A DNA stretch of 63,696 nt, the filler included, from Octopus bimaculoides (lineage: Eukaryota): NCBI RefSeq assembly GCF_001194135.2. It is 7 parts of 5 records of this genome, joined end to end, with 100 filler letters (N's around TTAATTAATTAA, not from the genome) between each part and the next. Parts side by side here need not be neighbours in the genome. Positions count along the whole stretch, not along the records: positions 1 to 7,695 come from NC_068982.1; positions 7,796 to 21,540 come from NC_068987.1; 5 more parts are not named here. The stretch is one strand, 5' to 3'. Positions 1-13,195 of the stretch are shown here, piece after piece. The position numbers and the translations under genes are program-made. Positions within the stretch are counted from its first letter, which is position 1. Each line of letters begins with the position of its first letter. Below the pieces are notes generated by a model. That model saw only the letters and a program-made list of their open reading frames with translations, was not told the origin of the DNA and searched no databases.

Positions 1-172
1 TTTGCGACAGGTCAGCTACGGGACCAGTGTAAGAAAGGAAGGAAAAGGTATATACACTCGCACATGTTCGTAAATATATAAGTAAATGCTCATTAATATT
101 ATTATACTCTATCTAATGTACGTTCTACCTTCGTTATGTTATATGTTATAGATAGATAGATAAATAGAGAGC

Positions 173-222
<50 letters not shown>

Positions 223-455
223 TAGTTGTATGCCTACACACATGCATACGCATATATACTTATCAATATGTGTGTTCATGTATACGTAATGGGTTTTCTT
301 TCAGTTTGTGTATCTACGCCTGACTCCCATATATCAATCCGATTCAATTTCGCGTAATTATAATACATGTGTGTGTGTGTGTGTCTGTGTTTGTGTGTGT
401 GTGTGTGTGTGTGTGCGTGTGTGTGCGCGTGTGTGTGTGTGTATGTGTGTGTGTT

Positions 456-486
<31 letters not shown>

Positions 487-712
487 GTGTTTATTGATGA
501 CAGAAAGTAGTTATGCATGTCCGTAACTGTGCCAAAGTCGGAAATTGCTTGTAAAATAATGAATTTTTTTTTTCAAAAAAAGGCTAATAAAAATGCGTGA
601 CTGCCGGCAATAGGGAAGAAATTGGAATATAATGCAGAATGTTAGAAGCCTGATAGGAACAGAACTGTGAGTTTGGAGGAGTAATAAAATGTGAGGGGTT
701 CCAGACTGAGAA

Positions 713-773
<61 letters not shown>

Positions 774-938
774 GAAAGAAACAGGCTCAGAAAAAAGAGT
801 GTGTATAATATGTTTGTGTAGTTGTGAATGTGTGTGTGGGGGTTGAGGGTTGGTAGGTGTGTGTGTGTGTGTGTGTTAGACAAGACAAATGAAGTTGGTG
901 AGGAGAAAGAGATAGGAAAGAAAAGAGAAATAGGTGAA

Positions 939-1180
939 AGAAGAAGAAGAAGAAGAAGAAGAAGAAGAAGAAGAAGGAGAGGAGGAGGAGGAGGAGGAGG
1001 AGGAGAAGGAGAAGGAAAAGAACGAGAAGAAGAAGAAGAAGAAGAAGAAGAAGAAGAAGAAGAAGAAGAAGAAGAAGAAGAAGAACGAGAAGAAGAACAA
1101 GAACAAGAACAAGAACAAGAACAAGAACTAGAACAACAACAAGAACAACAACATCAACAACAACAACAGCAGCAGCAGCA
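939..1180. repeat. Compound purine-rich microsatellite (GAA)n-(GGA)n-(GAA)n-(GAACAA)n-(CAA)n-(CAG)n
   Basis: Read directly; explains the poly-E/K/R/Q/L ORFs at 787-1269. Confidence 0.95.
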
Positions 1181-1374
1181 TCGTGGAGAAAGTAGTGTAA
1201 CCAAGAATGTATGGAAGAGAGTGAATTAGATTGAAGGAATAGGTGGGATATGGAGAAAGAAGTTAACATTGCGAAACGGTAAACATCTGAGGTAATTTCT
1301 TCATACTGCCTCTCTGTCTTTCACTCTTTCTCTCTCTCATATTCTCTTAATAAATATATACGTGTGTGTGTGTA

Positions 1375-1405
<31 letters not shown>

Positions 1406-1865
1406 CTATGTATGTGTCGATATATGTATATATATGTATGAGTGTGGGTTGTATAAATATAATATATACGCAGAGAGACACTCACTCGCATACACATAAA
1501 TATAAAATGCGTGCGCGTTCGCTTTACGTGTTTGTGTACGCGCGCGTTTGGGCGTAAAGGATAGTGTAAACATGCGTGTGTCCGTGTGTTGGTTTTAATA
1601 AATAAATAAATAAAAAAAGAGAGAAAAAGAGAAGGCGGAGAGGGACGAGAATATAAGGATATAAGGATTTGGATGAGAATGAGAATAAGAATGAGGATGG
1701 GGATGAGAGAAGCTAGAAATAAATGATAAATGGAAGATGAAACTTAATTAGAGAACGCCAGAAAGAGTCACCTTCTATATTTACATAGAGAAGTATCAAT
1801 TTAAGAATTAAATTAAGCGTTACAACCACCGCTGTCATCAACGCCAGCACCACCAACACCACCAT

Positions 1866-1912
<47 letters not shown>

Positions 1913-2390
1913 ATTAATACTGTTAATAATATTTGCCGGTTCTGCTTGTTGAAAAGCAGGAGCGTAAAAAAAAAAATTATTAATAATAATAATAATAATA
2001 ATAACAGCAATAATTTGTACCTGGACAAGTGTGTAATATTGTTTGTTTGTTAGTTCGTTTGTCTGTTTGTTTGTTTGTTTGTTTTTTTACTTAGAAGAAC
2101 ACAAGGGATATATATATATATATATACATATTTTATTGTGATCGATCTTGAGAAGTGACAGAATTTTTTGGACAAGATAGTCCGGTACGATCGCACCACT
2201 TCTACTGTTGTTGCTACTGCCAGGAATGCAACGACAGGGAAAGTTTGATATTAAGAGTTCCAGCTTTGATGGCGAAGCAAAGCCAACCCGGCCATGGATA
2301 AGGTAAACTTGTTAAAAATCTCACAGATTTTGTTGCGATGTTTATCATTTTTTTTTTTTTTTGCTTGTTGAAACATATATAAATAAATGA

Positions 2391-2464
<74 letters not shown>

Positions 2465-4218
2465 TTCTTTATCTATCCATACACACACACATATCCGTAT
2501 ATATGTATATATATGCGTGTCTGTATGTAAACATTAAATATATACACAAACGTATAAATACATTGTTATAAAATCAAACATATGTGTAAATATATATGTA
2601 TGTGTGTGTATATAAGTATGTGTGTACATAAATATGTATACATATGTATAATATCTATATACATATGTATCTATTAATATTAAAGGTGAGCTTGTGTACG
2701 TATGCGTATATATGTTTGTATTTACGTATGTTATGTATATGTTTAGATATTTATGCACATACATACAAACATCTATACGTATATATATATATGTATCCAT
2801 ATATATATCTACATATATGCATACCTATATATATANNNNNNNNNNNNNNNNNNNNNNNNNNNNNNNNNNNNNNNNNNNNNNNNNNNNNNNNNNNNNNNNN
2901 NNNNNNNNNNNNNNNNNNNNNNNNNNNNNNNNNNNNNNNNNNNNNNNNNNNNNNNCTGTGTGTGTATATAAGTATGTGTGTACATAAATATGTATACATA
3001 TGTATAATATCTATATACATATGTATCTATTAATATTAAAGGTGAGCTTGTGTACGTATGCGTATATATGTTTGTATTTACGTATGTTATGTATATGTTT
3101 AGATATTTATGCACATACATACAAACATCTATACGTATATATATATATGTATATATATATATGCATATACATACAAATATGGATACATAGACAGATAGAC
3201 ATAGTCAAATATATGTGAATATATACATACACACACACATCTATACGTACATATATATGTCTCCATATATGCTTATATGTCTGTCTGCGCGCGTGTGTGT
3301 GTGTGTGTGTGTGTATGTGTGTGTGTGTGCGTGTGTGTGTTTGTGTGCGTGTGTATGCTTGTATATATAAATAGATATGCGTGCTTATATGCATTAAACT
3401 ATATATCAAGTATAGAAAGACTGACAAATGCAGACAGGTAGACAAACAAACGAATCGTATATACACTCACACATAAGCACACACACACTCACATGCGCGC
3501 ACACGCACACACTCACAAGCATGAATATGTAAACAAACTAATGAAGTGTTTTGGGTCGAACTGAAAATTATTACACGAACGCCTGGGATGGATACAGAAA
3601 ATAAGATAGTAAGACGAGTTAGTATCCCGAATGTTTCTCGCGGAATACAAGGCTGGTGAAAATAAGAGGAAGGAGTTGTCTGTGAAGCAACACATGTTGG
3701 CTAGGAAACGTGGAAGTGAGTTTGAGAATCTATATAACTGGGCTCGCATTTCCTCAAACTTTCAATAAGTCGTCCAATAAGAAGAATTTTAAAGGCTCTT
3801 TAACAAATCGTTCAAAAATATATGTTGCTCGAAGAAAGAAAGAAACAAACAAACAAACAAAGAAACAAAGAAATGGATACATAAATCGTTGAGATTTTTT
3901 TTACTCACACCAATATGTTAAAATGATTTTTGCTTCATTTTCTTGTGGCCGAAGGTCTTGTAAATATATTTTTAAAAAAAGAGATAATTCTTTCTCATAA
4001 CACGTGATATTTTTTCAAAAGTGTAAAAATTTTTTTAAAATAATAAAACATTAGTAGGGAAATGACATGTGATGTAATCCTAGATACACTATATCTGACA
4101 AGTCCAAAAGGGAAAATATAGATAGTTGCCATGGTAAAGAGCTGGAATGCCTTTCGTCATACGGTTGCTCCACCGAGCAATTCAGGAGGTGATTTTGGAA
4201 AATGAACCCATAAAGACA

Positions 4219-4258
<40 letters not shown>

Positions 4259-4410
4259 TGATGATGATGATGATGATGATGAATGTTTCAGCATTCAATG
4301 GTTATATTACTGGGAGAAAGGGTCTGCCTATTTAAGTCGTTACTTGTTTTGTATGTCTTTACATCTCTAGAAAGCTGAAGCACGTGGTAAGCAGCAAATA
4401 CAAGAATGGA

Positions 4411-4561
4411 TGTGAGGTAAGAAGCTTGCTTCCCAACCACGTAATTCGGGATTCAATCCCACTGCGTGGCACCTTGGGCAAGTGTCTTCTATTATAGCCT
4501 CGGACCGACCAAAGACTTGTGAGTGGATTTGGCAGACGGAAACTGAAAGAAACCCGTCGTA

Positions 4562-4616
<55 letters not shown>

Positions 4617-4826
4617 TTGTGTGTCTGTGTTTGTCACCCAAGTCATCACTTGACAACTGATATTGGCGTGTCTACGTAACCGTCACTTAGTGGTTCGGCA
4701 AAATAATCGATAGAATAAGTGCTAGGCTTACAAGAGAATAAGTTCTGGGGTCGATTTGTTCAACTAAAAGTGGTGCTCCATCACGGCCGCAGTCAAACGG
4801 TGAAACAAGTAAAAGAATCAAAGAAT
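4411..4826 (+). mobile_element. SINE family B (tRNA-derived, CORE-like 5' half + internal microsatellite + 3' half), near full length
   Basis: B-box-like GGATTCAATCCC, GTGGCACCTTGGGCAAGTGTCTT CORE-like block, internal (AT)n/(GT)n, tail GGTGCTCCA..TGAAACAAGTAAAAGAAT; homologous copies throughout the window. The CORE assignment is from recollection of the motif. Confidence 0.85.
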
Positions 4827-4911
4827 AAATACACACACAAATATATGTATGTATGTATACATGTATGTTTATATGTTTGTGTATGTGTGTGTGTAACGTA
4901 ATGTAATATAA

Positions 4912-4954
<43 letters not shown>

Positions 4955-5589
4955 GCATATATATATATATATATACATATATGTGTGTGTGTATGTATTT
5001 ATGTAAGCAATTATCGGCCTCACCTCATATACATACATACATACATACATACATACATGCGCGCGCCCATAGACGCATACGCACTCACACACACGCATAT
5101 ATATNNNNNNNNNNNNNNNNNNNNNNNNNNNNNNNNNNNNNNNNNNNNNNNNNNNNNNNNNNNNNNNNNNNNNNNNNNNNNNNNNNNNNNNNNNNNNNNN
5201 NNNNNNNNNNNNNNNNNNNNNNNNNNNNNNNNNNNNNNNNNNNNNNNNNNNNNNNNNNNNNNNNNNNNNNNNNNNNNNNNNNNNNNNNNNNNNNNNNNNN
5301 NNNNNNNNNNNNNNNNNNNNNNNNNNNNNNNNNNNNNNNNNNNNNNNNNNNNNNNNNNNNNNNNNNNNNNNNNNNNNNNNNNNNNNNNNNNNNNNNNNNN
5401 NNNNNNNNNNNNNNNNNNNNNNNNNNNNNNNNNNNNNNNNNNNNNNNNNNNNNNNNNNNNNTATATATATATATATATATGTCTGTAGTTTATTGTTCTA
5501 ACGTCCTGTACCCTGATATGCATGTATATACACATGTAGATGTAAGTATGTACATATATGTGTGTATACATGTATATATATTCTTTGTA

Positions 5590-5620
<31 letters not shown>

Positions 5621-5751
5621 ATGTAAGGGTGTATGGGGGTGTATGCATGTACGTATGAATGTATATCCACATGTATATAAACATGTATATCATCATCATC
5701 GTTATCGTCATCAACATGATCATCATCACCATCATCAACCTTGTTGTCGTT

Positions 5752-5969
5752 GTTAAGTTTGAATCCCGCTGAGGAGGGCGACTTTCATCCGGTCGGGGTC
5801 CATGTATTCGTATCCCCCGACCCTCCTTAAAAATTGCTGGCCTTGTGCCAAAATTTGAAACCATCGTTATTATTACTTCTTGTTATTGTCATTATTACTG
5901 TGGTCATTATCATATGTCAGGTATATTTGTTGTGTTTTTTTTATAATTTTTCTGTTGACTTTATAACTC

Positions 5970-6039
<70 letters not shown>

Positions 6040-6345
6040 CAGTTTCAAATTTCCCCGAGGTTGACTTTGCCTTTCATCGTTTCGGAGTCAACTAAAATAC
6101 CTACCAGGTTCGCCCTGGGATCGATGTAATCGACTGATCCCCCGCCTCACCAAATTTCAGGCCTTGTGTCCTTTTGTAGAAAAGATTATTGTTGTTATTG
6201 TTTCAAATTGCGCCGAGGTCAACTTTGTCTTTCATTCTTTAGGCATCGTTCAAATAAGTACCAGTTACGCACTGGGCTCGATGGAATCGACACGACCCCT
6301 CTCCGCAAATATCAGGTCACGTGCCTTTAATAGAAAGGATTATTA
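5752..6345 (+). mobile_element. Three tandem 5'-truncated SINE family A fragments separated by (TTA)n
   Basis: Repeated TTCAAATT..CCGAGGT..ACTTTGCCTTTCAT..AAGTACCAG blocks at ~5752, ~6040 and ~6200, homologous to the full copy at 12977. Confidence 0.75.
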
Positions 6346-6348
6346 TTA

Positions 6349-6404
<56 letters not shown>

Positions 6405-6558
6405 GTTGTTGTTGTTGTTGTTGTTGTTGTTCACTACGTTTTCAGTTCTAAACAAACAGATCTAAAAAATCGAACATGTTTCTAACCGTGACTATCCCAT
6501 CTAATGAGAAACGTGTCTTAAAACAGAATCACATCGTCTACAACTTGCGCACTTCGGA

Positions 6559-6751
6559 CTAGATTTGACCGTTATTTCTAGCCGATAAACGGACCACCTT
6601 TGAAACACCACGCTTTGCTTCGTTGTTGTGGTTGTCATCGCAATGATTAGATGCATTTGCGACATCCTTTCCGGCCTGCTTAACTCCGTTATCCTGTTTC
6701 GATTTCTCCTGCTGTATCCCATTCCATTTCACTTCGGTATTTAATAATTTC
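6559..6751 (-). CDS. Possible terminal coding exon of an unknown gene (63 aa, KLLNTEVKWNGIQQEKSKQD...ARNNGQI*)
   Basis: Acceptor-like TCTATTCCCCAG|G, open hydrophilic frame to TAG, higher GC than flanks, not repeat-derived as far as I can see; no domain recognised. Confidence 0.3.
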
Positions 6752-6991
6752 CTGGGGAATAGACATAAGTATCCGCCACCACATCATACTACACTGCACC
6801 ATACTGCCTTAATATACTAGTTGTAGATTTTTTTTTTCCTTTCGTAACGGTTTTTGTTCGTTTTTATTTTTCCTTTTTTTTCTCTTTCTTTTTTTGTGTC
6901 TTTAGGTTATAAAAGCATCGATGTTGCTATCTGGGCTATTGTGATTATCGGAGTAATTCACCTATTTTCTTTTAATCTTTATTTTTAATTC

Positions 6992-7022
<31 letters not shown>

Positions 7023-7054
7023 TTTTTTTACTGTCATTGATGCAGCTGTTGTAG

Positions 7055-7275
7055 TTGCGGATAATGACCTCGACTGGTGCTGGTGATGACGCTGATGATG
7101 ATGACGATGATGATGATGTTCATCATCATCATCATGGTGGTGGTGGTGGTGGTGGTGGTGGGGGTGTGGGTGGCCGTGGTGGTTGTGATAACGGTGACTA
7201 CGATGATGATGATGATGATGCTGATGATGATAAAGGTGGTGGTGGTGGTGGTGGAGGTAGTTGTGATGACAGTGG

Positions 7276-7320
<45 letters not shown>

Positions 7321-7389
7321 CGATGATGACAATTATACGGAAAAGGATGGTGGTGGTGGTGATAGTGGTCGTGGTCGTGGTCGTGGTCG

Positions 7390-7420
<31 letters not shown>

Positions 7421-7434
7421 GATGACGATGATAG

Positions 7435-7465
<31 letters not shown>

Positions 7466-7631
7466 AATGATGGTGATGTGAATGCTTGTTTACTACGGTG
7501 TAGTAGAGTTGTAAGCTAGATCTCTGATAGGCTTCAGTGTTCTTCGGTCTGTCAGTGCCTTGTGCGCTTGTTGTTCTGCTGTGTTACTCATAACGTTCGA
7601 TATTGGTGTTATTTGCCATTTACGATGATGT

Positions 7632-7695
<64 letters not shown>
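7055..7695. repeat. Degenerate (GAT)n/(GGT)n trinucleotide array
   Basis: Read directly. Confidence 0.9.
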
Positions 7696-7795
7696 NNNNN
7701 NNNNNNNNNNNNNNNNNNNNNNNNNNNNNNNNNNNNNNNTTAATTAATTAANNNNNNNNNNNNNNNNNNNNNNNNNNNNNNNNNNNNNNNNNNNN
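7696..7795. other. Artificial 100-bp scaffold spacer N44-TTAATTAATTAA-N44
   Basis: Identical geometry recurs six times; the 12-mer has stops in all six frames. Confidence 0.95.
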
Positions 7796-8049
7796 TATAT
7801 ATATGGTCATGTGAATACTTTGAAGGCGATAAAAGCGTAAAATGTAAAGCTAAGCGAATGAAATAATATGGCAAAGTTTCGGTTTCTTTTGGGTACTCTC
7901 TCGTACAGCACATATCCATCATATGTTTTGCACATATACAGTACATTTTTTTCTACGTGCTGTGGCTGGAGGAAAAGACAACACAATGAGTGCTTGTGAA
8001 AGCCCTCCTAGACCAGCGAGATTGATGCTATTAATATACCTCCGCCAGT

Positions 8050-8600
8050 CAACATCTGCAGGAAAGACATGATCAGTAAGGTGAATCCAGAGGGAAGATA
8101 ATCGGAGAAGGAAAATCTGGGGAAAGTGAATTTTGTGTGGTCTGGGTGGGACATGGACACAAAAAGGATGATGAGAAGAGGAGAGGTGAATGGAATGGGA
8201 ATATCTGATTATAGGTGGTGGCCATAAAAATAGCGGTAGAAAGATAGCTAGCATGCTAGTGGGTCAGAGGTTGGAGTATGTCTAAGAGTGACTTTATATC
8301 AATAAGTCAGGTGGTCCTTTCTTGGATGCAGTCTAGGATGTCTGTCGATGCAGCAGCAGCACTGTCTCATACGTACCATGGCAGACCACCTGAGCTTAGT
8401 ACTTGTAATTGTTGAGAAATGAAGTATCTGATAGCATTGAAGAGAATAGCCTGTTGTTGGGATGCAATCGTAGCTATGTTGAAGATATGCTTTCTTCAGA
8501 TAGTTCCTCGATGATAATGGGTCCCAATCACTGAAGTATATTTTGAGGCTGCTAGCTGGATACTAAAGGAATGTGATATTATGATGTTTTCTTGATATGA
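8050..8600 (-). pseudogene. Possible decayed Penelope-like RT C-terminal fragment
   Basis: Frameshifted LSTAIF..HSPLLFSSS / HPDHTK / QIFLLRL resembles the PLE motif (HSYLLFSSSHPxHTKxSIPxSQFLRL); weak similarity by eye. Confidence 0.3.
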
Positions 8601-9873
8601 GTAGAATTTGAGTTTTCTTACTGTTGAAAGAAATAAAATATCAGCATATCTCTACTTTCGAGCTTTGTGTTCATGAAGTCTGTGTGTTTGATGTGTGTGT
8701 GATGTGTGTGTGTGTGTGTGTNNNNNNNNNNNNNNNNNNNNNNNNNNNNNNNNNNNNNNNNNNNNNNNNNNNNNNNNNNNNNNNNNNNNNNNNNNNNNNN
8801 NNNNNNNNNNNNNNNNNNNNNNNNNNNNNNNNNNNNNNNNNNNNNNNNNNNNNNNNNNNNNNNNNNNNNNNNNNNNNNNNNNNNNNNNNNNNNNNNNNNT
8901 TGTTGTTGCTCCTAAATTATGTGTTGGCAGTGCAGAATTCCAGAAGGGATCTGACGCTTCAAAGCTGAAAGTCTGTCAAAAGTGGAAAGTCTATCTGCGA
9001 TGCAGATAACATGACAGGAATCTCTCTGAAATCGAAGTGATGGATGCCAAACTGAACAGTTATGAATAGATGATAAAAGAAAGGGAAAACCAGTCGGGCA
9101 AAGCAACGGATATTTTGGTCTGGATCGAGGTTGCTTAAGGTCTGGTTTGATACACATTTCTGAGTAGTGAAAAGCTAGAAGCAAATAATAGCAAATATCA
9201 CATTGTATTGAACAAAGAGAAAGCAATTCCTGAAAGGAAGTTGATAGACATACTCTATCTCTGAGATTCTTTAATCAAACTGGAGAATTTTCATTTCCAA
9301 ATGCTTGTGGCACAAGTAGTGTCTGAATTTGTTCTTCTTACCTGCTCTGTGGGTATATCGGCATGTTTCCTTTACAAGCACAAATTTACCGAAACTACAA
9401 CATCTGCAAATATTTCCCGAAAGAAAGCCGAGTGGCAGTCTTCATAAAGAAATATTTTAAACAGATCTTCAGTCTTGGCTAAAGCGTAAACCATGGATTG
9501 GATATTTTGATATCTGAAAAGTTGCTAGGCCCTCGCAGCACTTTATATACTGGATAGTGCAGTTAATGTGACCATACATTCCATAGAAGGAATAATAAGT
9601 GGCACCAGAAATGGCATATTGATTAGAGCCTTTCACAGAATTTTGAAGTTAACCATAATGGATAACTTCCAAAAATGCTTGTTTTGGTTGTATTACCCAT
9701 GAAATTTTTCTAGTTTACGCAGATCAATACTGCAGACAACCGAGAATGCTAACAGTGAGGTAGAGCTGACAAAAATATTTGAAAATGGAAAGAATAAAAT
9801 CACAGTATAAGGCGAATCAAGCCCACTCCCAACTCATATACATCGGTCGTCCCCAACGCAAGAGTAATCTCTT

Positions 9874-10541
9874 CGGATCTATTTCAAAACGGGGGCACCA
9901 GTATTTTCTTAACGAAACACTAACGAAACACTTTGAAACTTGGGACACTGGTAGAATGTGTCATATAAAACATCTTTTACTCTTAGTCTTCTTAACAAAA
10001 AAACGTACATCGCAAGTTATTCCATGTTAAAGTTGTCGTATTTCTGTAATTTCAACTAATCACTGACGTCTATTCAGCTGAATAGAGTTACTGCTGGGCG
10101 GTCATAAAAATGTTATTCCCTGTGACATATTTCATCCGGTTTAATCGTAATTTATACGCATATATTGTTTATATAATAAATTACGCTGTGCGTATCTATG
10201 TGTGTAACAATTTTAGAGTTCGGATTCTAGAGTTAGGGTTAGTTTTAGGGTTAGGGTTAGGGTTAGGGTTAACAGTCTAGTTAGGGTTAGGGTTAGGGTT
10301 AGGGGATTAATACGATATACACCGTTACAGCGCTGACTGTTTTCAACTGAATAGACGTCAGTGATTAGTAGAAATTATCGAAATAAGACAATTTTTTACA
10401 TGAAATAAATTCGAATACAAAAATTTTTTCTGTTCTATAACACAAAATAGATAAGTATACGAAGTTTGAAAGTCTTTCGGTACCAAAAACACGACATAAA
10501 ACATAAATGAAAACTGGTGCCCCCGTTTTGAAATAGATCCG
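9874..10541. mobile_element. Non-autonomous foldback DNA element (MITE-like) with long TIRs and an internal (TTAGGG)n array
   Basis: 9874-9902 is the exact reverse complement of 10513-10541; imperfect inverted homology continues inward to ~10100/10321. Confidence 0.85.
10232..10304 (+). repeat. Interstitial telomeric-type (TTAGGG)n, ~9 exact units in two blocks
   Basis: Read directly. Confidence 0.9.
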
Positions 10542-10823
10542 TATCTTCTCTCTGCTATAAATGTACAGATAAACTGGGATAAACTGGGAAGCTATCATCA
10601 TTGCCATCCTTCTCGTCTCCTTCCACATCATCATCATCTCTCCCTTCTTCCTCACTATGACAAGACGTCTTGTATGCGTGAGCGCGGGCGAGTATGGGTG
10701 CATAGATGGATGGATGGTCAAACTAACCTAGGAATGTCAATCAATGACATCATTGACCACTGCTTAAAGCAATGATAAAATATTTCTTACTGTCTCTTTG
10801 AGAAGTCAATTCATCTAACAGTC

Positions 10824-10824
<1 letters not shown>

Positions 10825-10887
<63 letters not shown>

Positions 10888-10888
10888 C

Positions 10889-10957
<69 letters not shown>
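10825..10957. repeat. (TAG)n-(CAG)n-(TAG)n compound microsatellite
   Basis: Read directly. Confidence 0.95.
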
Positions 10958-10958
<1 letters not shown>

Positions 10959-11410
10959 TGAAGTTTCAGTGATATGAGGAAGAACCGCAGTACTTGAAAT
11001 TGTTGAGTAGAGACTTAAGTGCTGCCAAGTGAAGTAGATAGAGAGAACCGAAGAACGAAACAAAGGAAACAATAAAAAGAAAGTAAGATCTATATTTTGA
11101 CGTTAATTTATTTGCTTAATTGCATTTCGCACCAATGTGATGCCAGCCGTTTTATGTGTGAACACACACAAACATACATACACGCATCTATGTATATATA
11201 TACATAGATGCGTGTGTGTATGTTTGATGCATATATATAAATATATACATATATATATATACATACATACATACATACATACATATGATGCAGATATTGA
11301 TGAATTCCAGTATACAGATGTTGAAAGGATAATATCTGATGTTTACGTTTTTTCGGGAAAATTCACCTTGCGCATTTATAAAATCTTTTCATTATATATG
11401 TACAAACATA

Positions 11411-11823
11411 CAAAGGGTGCGATAAGTAAATTGTCGCCATTTTATATTTTTAATTTCGCGCGTATGCATTGTTTGTTTTTGATTTTGTCGATAACACAGT
11501 ATAGTAGGGTCGGTTGGGCACCGTCTGTGAGAAAAACAGCACCATGACGCAATCCACTAAGCTAGATATTTGGAAACGACATACTGTATTGCTTGGCATT
11601 CGCGCCGGAAGCTCCAATACGAACATTTCAGTGTGCTTGGGTGTCAATCTGAAGACAGAGTAATCTGAGGACACGTACCACGAGTGATAAAAATCAAACA
11701 TCCAGTCAACATCGTGGTGTTTGGAATGATCACTAGTGATGGTTGACTTTATGTCACAGCCTCAAACTCAACAATGAGGCCTACCTCAAATGCCTGGAGG
11801 AGGTAGTGCTGCCCTGGGTCAAG
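11411..11823 (+). mobile_element. Internally deleted maT/DD37D-like Tc1/mariner relic
   Basis: TA|CAAAGGGTGCGATAAGTAAATTGTCG terminus; N-terminal MTQSTKLDIWKRHTVLLGIRAG; catalytic-region piece KHPVNIVVFGMITSDG..YLKCLEEVVLPWVK, homologous to the copy at 55-55.5 kb. Confidence 0.7.
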
Positions 11824-12976
11824 TTAAATGATTGAAACAAGTAAAAGAATAAAAGAATATCTGTTAAAATGAGATGTCAGTGTTATTTTCATTCTTGCGT
11901 AATTTAGACGACAGTTTATTCACTGCGCCGTGTACACACACACACACANNNNNNNNNNNNNNNNNNNNNNNNNNNNNNNNNNNNNNNNNNNNNNNNNNNN
12001 NNNNNNNNNNNNNNNNNNNNNNNNNNNNNNNNNNNNNNNNNNNNNNNNNNNNNNNNNNNNNNNNNNNNNNNNNNNNNNNNNNNNNNNNNNNNNNNNNNNN
12101 NNNNNNNNNNNNNNNNNNNNNNNNNNNNNNNNNNNNNNNNNNNNNNNNNNNNNNNNNNNNNNNNNNNNNNNNNNNNNNNNNNNNNNNNNNNNNNNNNNNN
12201 NNNNNNNNNNNNNNNNNNNNNNNNNNNNNNNNNNNNNNNNNNNNNNNNNNNNNNNNNNNNNNNNNNNNNNNNNNNNNNNNNNNNNNNNNNNNNNNNNNNN
12301 NNNNNNNNNNNNNNNNNNNNNNNNNNNNNNNNNNNNNNNNNNNNNNNNNNNNNNNNNNNNNNNNNNNNNNNNNNNNNNNNNNNNNNNNNNNNNNNNNNNN
12401 NNNNNNNNNNNNNNNNNNNNNNNNNNNNNNNNNNNNNNNNNNNNNNNNNNNNNNNNNNNNNNNNNNNNNNNNNNNNNNNNNNNNNNNNNNNNNNNNNNNN
12501 NNNNNNNNNNNNNNNNNNNNNNNNNNNNNNNNNNNNNNNNNNNNNNNNNNNNNNNNNNNNNNNNNNNNNNNNNNNNNNNNNNNNNNNNNNNNNNNNNNNN
12601 NNNNNNNNNNNNNNNNNNNNNNNNNNNNNNNNNNNNNNNNNNNNNNNNNNNNNNNNNNNNNNNNNNNNNNNNNNNNNNNNNNNNNNNNNNNNNNNNNNNN
12701 NNNNNNNNNNNNNNNNNNNNNNNNNNNNNNNNNNNNNNNNTCTATCTACTTCCCTCCATCCTCTCTTCTCCAAACACCTTTTCCTCTTCTTCCTTCTCCT
12801 CACACTTGTATTAATCACTATGAAACTCATAGCGCCATGAGTCAATTCATGCCTAGATCATTAATGTAAACAGTTCTCTATGTTCAATTAGTAGTAACAT
12901 ATTTAACGCAGGAAGCATCGCATCAATCATCAAATTTGTAAACTTATGTAGTGAAGCATATTAACCCAATGGCGAA

Positions 12977-13195
12977 GGCGGCGAGCAGGCAGAACCGTTA
13001 GTACGCCGGCCAAAATGCTTAGCGGCATTTCGTCTGTCTGTACGTTCTGAGTTCAAATTCCGCCGAGGTCAACTTTGCCTTTCATTCTTTCGGGAGCAGT
13101 AAAATAAGTACCAGTTGAACACTGGAGTCGTTGTAATTGATTTATCCCCTCCCCCGGATTTGCTGGCCTTGTGCCAAAATTTGAAACCAATATTA
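12977..13195 (+). mobile_element. SINE family A (tRNA-derived head, Meta/MESC-like central domain), full length
   Basis: A-box-like GGCAGAACCGTTAG, B-box-like GAGTTCAAATTCC, central ACTTTGCCTTTCATTCTTTCGG..AAGTACCAG, tail GGCCTTGTGCCAAAATTTGAAACC. The superfamily name is inference. Confidence 0.85.

Noticed and set aside
2601-3152. Identical 196-bp duplication (2601-2796 / 2957-3152)
   Set aside because: The copies flank a 120-N gap and are identical, so this is most likely an unmerged contig overlap
7055-7519. 154-aa Asp/Gly-rich ORF with RGRGRGR resembling acidic biomineral proteins
   Set aside because: It is the translation of a (GAT/GGT)n array, other frames are also long and open, and a similar array occurs at 61.5-62 kb
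7740-7751. Recurring TTAATTAATTAA as a CRISPR-like or homeobox-site repeat
   Set aside because: Always centred in a 100-bp N spacer, so it is an assembly linker
8900-9780. Unique-looking segment suspected to be a LINE RT or exon
   Set aside because: No RT motif or sustained open frame found on either strand
10555-10722. 55-aa acidic minus-strand frame (FDHPSIY..EEEGRDDDDVEGDEKD..)
   Set aside because: Weak acceptor, low complexity and no recognisable domain
11874-12869. Long ORFs in the track spanning N runs (also 30761, 38884, 61767 and others)
   Set aside because: Artefacts of Ns and dinucleotide repeats lacking stop codons
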